NCBI GenBank assembly: GCA_045606105.1
Contig: JAZURI010000002.1
Location: 266,823-330,822 of the forward strand
Direction of reading: 5' to 3'
Source: Spirochaetia bacterium
Lineage (GTDB): Bacteria > Spirochaetota > Spirochaetia > CADAEX01
Length of the DNA: 64,000 bases
In this document: one piece after another, positions 18,153 to 25,511 of the stretch
Layout of the letters: every line of letters starts with the position of its first letter
Position numbering within the stretch: the stretch's first letter is position 1
Notes under the pieces: generated by a model
The model's database searches: none
Told to the model about the DNA's origin: nothing
Seen by the model: only the letters and a program-made list of their open reading frames with translations
Position numbers and translations under genes: made by a program

Positions 18153-18965
18153 TTATTTTGAAGACTTTGTAAGTTCAACAATACATTTTGAAGGACATGC
18201 TTCACAAGCTGCCTGTCTGTCACCTGTCTTGGTGTAGTCAATGGAAGCAAGGAACTTGTCAACAACAAATCCACCTTCTGGAGATTTCTTTTCACACATC
18301 TTACAGCCGATACAGCCCACTTTACAAGCCTTCTTTACAGCTGCACCCTTGTCATGTGAGTTACATGCAACGATGTGGGATGCGGAATAAGGAATCATCT
18401 TCATTACCTTTGTAGGACAAACCTTTACACAGTTGCCGCAGGAGATACACTTATCCTTGTCAACAACCATTACACCGTTTTCACCCTTGGTAATAGCATC
18501 TGCAGGACAAACCTTTGCACAGCTTCCCAGACCGAGACATCCGTATTTACATACCTTGTATCCCTGGAACATGGCAAAAGCGGCATTACAGTCTGTAAGA
18601 CCCTGATAGTTCATTGCTACTGTTGCATTGTCTGTTCCGCCCTGGCAATGTACATGAGCAACCATTTTCTCTGCATTGAGGTCGATGGCTACACCCATTA
18701 CCTCGGCAATCTTTGATGCAGAACCAATACCGCCCGGACCGCACTTGTTTACTTCTGTAACGCTTCCGTTGAAGATTGCTTCAGCATAACCGGAACAACC
18801 CGCAAAACCACAGGCACCGCAGTTATAACCAGGCAGAGCTGCCTCGATTGCACAAAGTTTTTCGTTTTTCTTTACTGAAAGATATTTTGATGCCACCGCA
18901 AGTCCGATACCGAAAACCAGACCCATTACTGTAACGATGACACAAGCTGATATAATACCTGACAT
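18153..18965 (-). CDS. rnfB: Rnf complex subunit B (polyferredoxin)
   Basis: N-terminal TM, LPGYNCGACGFAGC, CKYGCLGLGSCAKVCP and CISCGNCVKVCP. Confidence 0.95.
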   Translation of the reverse strand: MSGIISACVIVTVMGLVFGIGLAVASKYLSVKKNEKLCAIEAALPGYNCGACGFAGCSGYAEAIFNGSVTEVNKCGPGGIGSASKIAEVMGVAIDLNAEKMVAHVHCQGGTDNATVAMNYQGLTDCNAAFAMFQGYKVCKYGCLGLGSCAKVCPADAITKGENGVMVVDKDKCISCGNCVKVCPTKVMKMIPYSASHIVACNSHDKGAAVKKACKVGCIGCKMCEKKSPEGGFVVDKFLASIDYTKTGDRQAACEACPSKCIVELTKSSK

Positions 18966-18976
18966 ATAATCCCCGC

Positions 18977-19567
18977 TTATCCTAAAAGATTTTTGATCAA
19001 TGCTTTGTCAAAAGCCATGAATGCCAATGCCATAAGACCTGCAGTGATGAATGCAATAGGCACACCCTTGAAGAACTTAGGAACTTCGATGTCCTCAAGT
19101 CTTTCTCTGATAGCTGACATAAGAACGATTACCAGGAGGAAACCGAGACCTGCTGCCAGACCTGCAACAAAGCTTTCAAGTGCATTGTAGTTGCTTCTTA
19201 CTGCAATAATGGCAATACCGAGTACAGCACAGTTGGTTGTGATAAGTGGAAGGAAGATACCCAGAGACTTGTAAAGTGATGGGGAAACCTTCTGTACCAG
19301 CATTTCTACAAACTGAACAAGAGCAGCAATTACAAGGATGAATGTAATTGTCTGGAGATATGTCAGTCCGAAAGGAACCAGGAAGAATGTCTGCACACAC
19401 CATGTTACCAGGGAAGCGATTGTTGTTACGAATGTAACTGCGAATCCCATACCAACGGCAGATTCAATGTTCTTTGAAACACCGATAAAAGGACACATAC
19501 CCATGAACTGGGTCATGATCAGGTTACTTATGAAGATATAAGTAATAAGTATAGTAATATAAGTCAT
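18977..19567 (-). CDS. rnfA: Rnf complex subunit A
   Basis: FMGMCPFIGVSK, LGIFLPLITTNCAVLG and GVPIAFITAGLMALAF. Confidence 0.96.
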   Translation of the reverse strand: MTYITILITYIFISNLIMTQFMGMCPFIGVSKNIESAVGMGFAVTFVTTIASLVTWCVQTFFLVPFGLTYLQTITFILVIAALVQFVEMLVQKVSPSLYKSLGIFLPLITTNCAVLGIAIIAVRSNYNALESFVAGLAAGLGFLLVIVLMSAIRERLEDIEVPKFFKGVPIAFITAGLMALAFMAFDKALIKNLLG

Positions 19568-19582
19568 AATCCTACCAACTCC

Positions 19583-20179
19583 TTATTTTCTTGATGTGTA
19601 CCAGTTGAAGAAAGCCTTCAGGTAACCGAGAACAAAAAGTGCTCCGGCTGCAAAACCGATAACTCTGGCAGGTGCAAGTGCAATACCTGGAACTGTGATT
19701 ACACAACCCGGAAGAGTGATTGTTCCCGCACCGAGAACCTCTCTTACAAGTGCGATAAGGAGGAGACCCAGTGTAAAACCGATTCCCATTCCGAGAGCAT
19801 CAAGAATTGAAGGAAGAACCTTGTTCTTGTTTGCAAATGCTTCCGCACGTCCGAGGATAACACAGTTTACTACGATAAGAGGTACGAATACACCGAGAGC
19901 TCCGTAAAGAGCAGGTGCATAAGCCTGCATCATCATTTCAACTACTGTTACGAAAGATGCAATTATGACAATATAAGCCGGAATTCTGACTGTGTCAGGA
20001 ATAAAGTTCTTCAGGAGTGAAACAATGATGTTTGAACAAACCAGTACGAAAATTACTCCGGCACCCATACCCAGGGCATTGATAACCATTGTAGATGTAC
20101 CCAGAGCAGGACAGAGTCCCAGGGCAATTATAAAAATTGGGTTTTCCTTGAAAATACCCTTTGTAAATTCCTTGATCAC
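19583..20179 (-). CDS. rnfE: Rnf complex subunit E
   Basis: ENPIF...LGLCPAL, VRIP.YIVIIASFVT and PLIVVNCVILGRAEAFA. Confidence 0.96.
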   Translation of the reverse strand: MIKEFTKGIFKENPIFIIALGLCPALGTSTMVINALGMGAGVIFVLVCSNIIVSLLKNFIPDTVRIPAYIVIIASFVTVVEMMMQAYAPALYGALGVFVPLIVVNCVILGRAEAFANKNKVLPSILDALGMGIGFTLGLLLIALVREVLGAGTITLPGCVITVPGIALAPARVIGFAAGALFVLGYLKAFFNWYTSRK

Positions 20180-20736
20180 TTCTGACCTCCCAATTTCTTG
20201 ACATATTCGCTTCCGTTTTCAAGGGCCTTACCGATTCCTACGAATGTGATTGTTGCACCACCGATGATATCTGCATCAGCCTGCTGAAGCATGCCTTTCT
20301 TTGTAGGAATAGGAGATTTTGCTCCGAATCCCTTGTATTTTTCCATATACCAGTCTTCTTCGGCTCTTTTTCCGAGACCAGGAGTTTCTGTATTGTCCAT
20401 AAGCTTGGCATCAATAAGCTCTCCGTCTGTCTTGAAGTTGGCAAGGATAATCATGTTACCTGCATAACCTTCACCGTTCAGTGAAAGAATGTAGTTTGCA
20501 ACCTTTCCGTTGTCTGTTACAGGATGGTAATAGTTAACCAGTCCGTCGTTTACAGCAACCTGATCACCGATTGTTCCGGCCTTGTTGATAACTGCAAGGG
20601 CGTTGAGCACGGCCTGTCTCTTGGATTCCTGAATCTTTGGATATGTAATGTTGTTTACGAGAGCAAGTGATGCTGCCGCAAAGAGACAGATTACACAAAG
20701 CTTTACACCGATAATGATAATCTGTTTTTTACTCAT
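20176..20736 (-). CDS. rnfG: Rnf complex subunit G (FMN-binding)
   Basis: N-terminal TM, GYAG, ETPGLG and DIIGGATIT. Confidence 0.93.
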   Translation of the reverse strand: MSKKQIIIIGVKLCVICLFAAASLALVNNITYPKIQESKRQAVLNALAVINKAGTIGDQVAVNDGLVNYYHPVTDNGKVANYILSLNGEGYAGNMIILANFKTDGELIDAKLMDNTETPGLGKRAEEDWYMEKYKGFGAKSPIPTKKGMLQQADADIIGGATITFVGIGKALENGSEYVKKLGGQK

Positions 20737-21779
20737 TTCTTTGCCCCCTTCTTAACAGGTTCTACTCCGAAAACCTTTGTCTTGCTGTATTTGTCGATAA
20801 GAGGAACAGCGATGTTCATGAGAACGATTGCAAGGGAAACACCTTCCGGGAATGATCCGTAGAATCTGATGAGGAATGTAAGGAAACCGCATCCGATACC
20901 GAAAATGATCTGACCCTTTGTTGAAAGAGGAGATGTTACCATATCTGTAGCCATGAAGATGGCACCGAGCATGAGACCGCCTGCGAAGAGGTGGAATGCA
21001 ATGTCACCTGTGAAAAGGCTTCCTGTGAACTTGAGTCCGCCGAAGATCCATACGAGGATTGCGAAGGAACCGATATATGCAACAGGAATTTCCCATGTGA
21101 TAACCTTTCTGTAAAGGAGGTAGATACCGCCGAGAATAAGGAGAAGTGCAGAAACCTCACCGATACATCCTGAAACATTTCCGATAAAAAGATCGAAGTA
21201 TCCGTTCATCGGGTAGCCTTCCTTGGCCATGAATTCAATAGGACCGCTGATTGTACCGCTGAACTCCATCATTCCTGTCTTTACGAATCCAAGAGGAGAA
21301 GCTCCTCCGAGGGCATCAACACCAGGCTGTGTGCAAGGTGCGCTCCATTTTGTCATTGCACCTGTCCATGAGAAGAATACGAAGAGTCTTCCGCCGAGAG
21401 CAGGGTTCATCCAGTTGCAGCCGAGTCCGCCGAAGGACCATTTGACAACGATGATGGCAAAAAGTGAAGCCAGGAAAGGAACAAAGAGAGGAACTGCAGG
21501 AGGCATGTTGTAACCTACAAGCAGACCGGTAAGCACTGCAGAGTAGTCTGCCAGTGTAAATCTCTTGAAAACCTTGTTCATGAGGTACTCGCCGAGAACT
21601 GCACCGATAACGGAAACAGCGAGTACGAGTAAAGCTTTTACTCCGAATACGAAAACGCCCCAGATTCCGGCAGGAACAAGCGCGATGATAACATCAAGCA
21701 TGATTCTTGCTGTTGAATCAGGATGGTGAAGATGCGGAGAACTTTCAATGATAAATTTATTTTCAGTGTTCATTTTCAT
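20733..21779 (-). CDS. rnfD: Rnf complex subunit D
   Basis: SSPH...IM.DVIIAL.P, FGGLG.N.MNPAL.GR, GCIGEVS, GAIFMATD.VTSP and PEGVSLAI; start at 21779 (ATGA overlap with the rnfC stop) or 21773. Confidence 0.95.
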   Translation of the reverse strand: MKMNTENKFIIESSPHLHHPDSTARIMLDVIIALVPAGIWGVFVFGVKALLVLAVSVIGAVLGEYLMNKVFKRFTLADYSAVLTGLLVGYNMPPAVPLFVPFLASLFAIIVVKWSFGGLGCNWMNPALGGRLFVFFSWTGAMTKWSAPCTQPGVDALGGASPLGFVKTGMMEFSGTISGPIEFMAKEGYPMNGYFDLFIGNVSGCIGEVSALLLILGGIYLLYRKVITWEIPVAYIGSFAILVWIFGGLKFTGSLFTGDIAFHLFAGGLMLGAIFMATDMVTSPLSTKGQIIFGIGCGFLTFLIRFYGSFPEGVSLAIVLMNIAVPLIDKYSKTKVFGVEPVKKGAKK

Positions 21780-23107
21780 CCCTTCTTTGGTGGTTTTGGT
21801 GCCATTCTCTTTCCGAGTCTGAAGCCCTGAACAAGAGGAATGTTTGCAGGACATACATAGCTGCAGCATCCGCATTCCTTACAGTCCATCAGATTGAGAT
21901 TGAGAGCATCGGCATATTTACCGGATTCAATTTTCTTGAACATCTTTGTAGGCTGAAGTCCGATAGGACATGCCTTTATACATCTTCCGCACATGAGACA
22001 TGCTGTTCTCTGGCTCTTCTTGGCTTCCTTTGCTGTAAGCACGAGAATTCCTGATGTACCCTTGATTACAGGTGTATCGTAATCGCAGAATGTGAAGCCC
22101 ATCATAGGTCCGCCCATGATCAGCTTTACTGCATCTTCCTTGATTCCGCCGGCCTGTTCGAGAAGATCTCCTACCTTTGTACCTACTCTTACGAGGAAGT
22201 TGGCAGGATTGTTTACTGCACCGCCTGTTACGGTAACCACTCTTTCGTAGAGAGGCTTGCCGAGAGCAACTGCATCATATACAGCCTTTACTGTTCCGAT
22301 ATTTGATACAACGGCACCGATGGCGATAGGAAGCTTTCCTGAAGGAATCTCCTTTCCGAGAACTGCCTTGAGAAGCTGCTTTTCATCACCCTGCGGATAT
22401 TTCATCTGGAGAGGAACAATTTCGATGTCTCCGCCGTTCTTTGCGGAATATTCTTCCATTTTTTCAATGGCATCCGGTTTGTTCTCTTCGATTCCCACAT
22501 AGATCTTAGGGGCATTGATTGCCTTTGCAATGATTCTGAGACCTTCGAAGATCTCTGCTGTCTGCTCAAGCATTACCCTGTGGTCTGCTGTAAGGTAAGG
22601 TTCACACTCTACTGCGTTGATAACCAGAGCTTCAACCTTGGCATCAGGCGGAACCATGTATTTCACGTTGGTAGGGAATGTAGCTCCACCGAGACCTACG
22701 ATACCTGCCTCCGCAACCTTGTCAATGATTTCCTTGGAAGAAAGCTGCTGCCAGTCTGATTTCTCATAGACAACCTCGCCCTCTTTGAAATCCCCAGAGG
22801 TTTCAATAACAACTGCTTTAACCTTCATTCCGCTTGCCAGATAGATGTCCTTGATTTCCTTGACAACACCCGGTACAGAACAGTAAATGTTCGCGGAAAT
22901 AAAACCTGCAGCCTTTCCGATAAGCATACCTTCCTTGACTTCGTCACCCACATTGACTAAACATTCTGCGGGAGCGCCGATATGCTGGGACATAGGGATA
23001 ATCAGAGTACTCTTGACTTCTGCCCTGCGGATAGCTACCTTGTTGGATAACTCCTTATAATCCCTCGGATGGACACCGCCTTTTGAAAAAGTTTTTTTCT
23101 CTTTCAT
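21776..23107 (-). CDS. rnfC: Rnf complex subunit C
   Basis: GGVHP, QHIGAP, AGIVGLGGATFPT, NAVECEPYLTAD, YPQGDEK, GGPMMG and two 4Fe-4S motifs. Confidence 0.97.
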   Translation of the reverse strand: MKEKKTFSKGGVHPRDYKELSNKVAIRRAEVKSTLIIPMSQHIGAPAECLVNVGDEVKEGMLIGKAAGFISANIYCSVPGVVKEIKDIYLASGMKVKAVVIETSGDFKEGEVVYEKSDWQQLSSKEIIDKVAEAGIVGLGGATFPTNVKYMVPPDAKVEALVINAVECEPYLTADHRVMLEQTAEIFEGLRIIAKAINAPKIYVGIEENKPDAIEKMEEYSAKNGGDIEIVPLQMKYPQGDEKQLLKAVLGKEIPSGKLPIAIGAVVSNIGTVKAVYDAVALGKPLYERVVTVTGGAVNNPANFLVRVGTKVGDLLEQAGGIKEDAVKLIMGGPMMGFTFCDYDTPVIKGTSGILVLTAKEAKKSQRTACLMCGRCIKACPIGLQPTKMFKKIESGKYADALNLNLMDCKECGCCSYVCPANIPLVQGFRLGKRMAPKPPKKG

Positions 23108-23296
23108 GCCGATTACCGTTTTCTCCTGTTTTTAGAAGTAATTTTATATTTTCCCGACAAGCACCCTACTTTCTGAAAAAAGCATGGAACCGAGGGACAA
23201 AAATAAAATTTTTAGTTTGCCTCTATAATATATTCAAACGGAAAAACTGTAAACAGGTTTAGTAGGTAAATTGTAAAAAAGATATGCAAAGATATA

Positions 23297-23773
23297 TTAC
23301 AGGTTACAGAATGCCACGGCAAGGAAAAATCCCAGAACCATACCCATGATAGCCTCGGTAAGGGTGTGCCCCTTGACCTCCTTTACAGGCCTGTACTTGA
23401 TCTTCAGCCTGCTGCTGAGTTCTCCTCCCAGATGATTCAGTGCCCTGGCCTGGATTCCTGCAGCTCTCCTGACACCCACCGCATCCCTGACCGTAAGAAG
23501 CCCGTAGCATGCCATGGCAATGAACAGGGAGGAGCTGAAGCCTTCGGTATATCCTATGGCTACGGCAATGGAGGTAACAAGAGCTGAATGGCTGGAAGGC
23601 ATTCCGCCGGTAGCCCATATGAATATGTGGAAATAATATAAAGGACTGTGCCGCTTGCCGTCAAAGAAGGCTATTACAACCTTCAGGAACTGGGCAAGAA
23701 ACCAGCTGGAAACACCGGCCCAGAAAACGGGATTGCTGTATATGTCGAAACTGAACAGGTTGCCTGGTCTCAT
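23297..23773 (-). CDS. divergent PAP2-family (DUF212-like) membrane protein
   Basis: AQFLK, TGGMPSSHSA.V, DAVGVRRAAG.QA..LN and GHT..E. Confidence 0.9.
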   Translation of the reverse strand: MRPGNLFSFDIYSNPVFWAGVSSWFLAQFLKVVIAFFDGKRHSPLYYFHIFIWATGGMPSSHSALVTSIAVAIGYTEGFSSSLFIAMACYGLLTVRDAVGVRRAAGIQARALNHLGGELSSRLKIKYRPVKEVKGHTLTEAIMGMVLGFFLAVAFCNL

Positions 23774-23850
23774 ATTTGTCCTTCTGCCGGCAGATTATAC
23801 AATAGAAAATAAATTGAGACAATCGACAAAAAGTATGATATGATATTTTC

Positions 23851-24504
23851 ATGAGAAAATCGGTAAGGCTTTACAGGATATCAGCTTTCACTCTGGCCGT
23901 TGCAGGTATCATATTCAACATGGCGGCATATCCCCATTATGCAGAGCTTTTTTCATATTTTACCCTGCAGAGCAATGTACTCTGTACGGTAATGCTGGGG
24001 CATGCCATGCTCCGCTCTTTCGGGCGGAACCGGGTAGCCGGAACAGGAGAGGTATTTTTCAGGGGGCTGTGTACGGTCTGCATCACACTGACCTTCCTGG
24101 TATACCACTTTGCCCTCAGGCCGGAAAACCTGACACCTGCCACCCTTTTTGACAACATGACCAACATATCCACCCTTTTTGCCCATTATATAGTCCCGGC
24201 CGCCGTGATAACGGATTATCTTCTCTTCTTTCCGAAGAAGAGGTTCCGGATGTACTATCCGCCGCTGTGGCTTGTTTATCCCGTGGTCTACCTGTGCTAT
24301 GTATTCCTCTACTCTGCGGCGGGCGGCACCTTTGCCATCGACGGAAAGATATCGCCGGTTCCCTATTTTTTCCTGGACAGTGCGGTGGTGGGAGCATCGG
24401 GAGTGGTCCTCTGGATATGCCTTATGGCGGCAGGCTTCACCCTCCTTTCCTATTTATTCGTCCTTGCGGACCGTTTCATGCCGTATAATAAATATAATAT
24501 ATAA
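23851..24504 (+). CDS. Pr6Pr/FAR-17a-like integral membrane protein
   Basis: FSYFTLQSN, LVYHFAL, HYIVP....DY and PYFFLD; about 6 TM segments. Confidence 0.8.
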   Translation: MRKSVRLYRISAFTLAVAGIIFNMAAYPHYAELFSYFTLQSNVLCTVMLGHAMLRSFGRNRVAGTGEVFFRGLCTVCITLTFLVYHFALRPENLTPATLFDNMTNISTLFAHYIVPAAVITDYLLFFPKKRFRMYYPPLWLVYPVVYLCYVFLYSAAGGTFAIDGKISPVPYFFLDSAVVGASGVVLWICLMAAGFTLLSYLFVLADRFMPYNKYNI

Positions 24505-24510
24505 TATTAT

Positions 24511-24539
24511 TTGACCATTTTTTTGGTTTGTGGTATAAT
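24511..24539 (+). promoter_or_regulatory. near-consensus sigma70 promoter for the TPR-greA operon
   Basis: TTGACC (24511-16), 17-nt spacer, TATAAT (24534-39), with an extended -10 TG. Confidence 0.7.
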
Positions 24540-24566
24540 AGGAATTTATAGAAGTGGATTAAAAAA

Positions 24567-25511
24567 TTGGAAAGTTCCTCGGATATTCTTTACAGAAATG
24601 CTGCCGGTTGTCTGAGCCTGGGAGATTTTGCCGGAGCAAGGAAGATATACACAGACATGCTTTCTGATGACCTGTTCAACCGGGACATCAGGGCGGCCAT
24701 TGTATACAGCAGCTTCTGGGAAAGAAGGAAACTGAAATACGATACCGTATCCGGCCACATTGCCAAGGGAAAATTTCTGATATCCCAATGGAAAAGCTTT
24801 GTCATATTCACCAGGAAATGGGGCAGAGGCAGGGGTGAGTATATAATTACCCGGATCAGGCAGCGTATTTTCAATGAAGCGCTTTACAGCTTCACGAGAG
24901 CAAAGAACGAGGTCATGGTTGCAGACGGAGATATATTGTTCTGTATCGGAATATGTCACAAGTGGCTGGGAAACCACAGGGATGCCCTGACCAATCTGGA
25001 AAATGCCAATTACAAGAAGCAGAACGATGCCTCAATACTGGCAGAGCTGGCAGACTGTATGGCAGTCATGGGAGAGGAACGGAAATCCAGGCTCCTTTTC
25101 AGGGAGGCTTTTTTCCTGAATCCACAGATGGTGGATATAGATTTCCTGGAATCGGAAATCATCAGGGAGCTGGCAGACAGGATCCGGAATGACGGATATT
25201 CCGAAAGGGCTCTCAGGGAATGGATTCCTGTATATGGTACAGGCTGCGGTTATTTCAATGAAAAAAGGGAGCTGCGTCCCCTTGAGTTTGATAACCTGAG
25301 AAGAGATCTGATGAATCTTGAAAGCAGGCTCAGCAGAAACGACAGCGAAAGAGAGCTTGTCATACCGAGACTCATAAACAGGTACCTGTGGCTGATAGAT
25401 TATTATAAATCCAGGAAAAACAGGACCGGAACAGAGGAAACCTACAGGAAAATAAGGGATCTTAATCCTGATTTTTATGCAATTTTTACAAACAATGGAG
25501 AAAATATATGA
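24567..25511 (+). CDS. tetratricopeptide-repeat protein
   Basis: TPR-like helices (LFCIGICHKWLGNHRDAL..LE.A; LAELADC...GE...SRLLFREAF); stop overlaps the greA ATG. Confidence 0.78.
   Translation: MESSSDILYRNAAGCLSLGDFAGARKIYTDMLSDDLFNRDIRAAIVYSSFWERRKLKYDTVSGHIAKGKFLISQWKSFVIFTRKWGRGRGEYIITRIRQRIFNEALYSFTRAKNEVMVADGDILFCIGICHKWLGNHRDALTNLENANYKKQNDASILAELADCMAVMGEERKSRLLFREAFFLNPQMVDIDFLESEIIRELADRIRNDGYSERALREWIPVYGTGCGYFNEKRELRPLEFDNLRRDLMNLESRLSRNDSERELVIPRLINRYLWLIDYYKSRKNRTGTEETYRKIRDLNPDFYAIFTNNGENI

Noticed and set aside
18153-23107. Distinct codon usage of the rnf genes as evidence of horizontal transfer
   Set aside because: By eye the same bias (GGT, GCA, CTT, AAG) appears in pnp and ribosomal protein genes, so it is better explained by high expression
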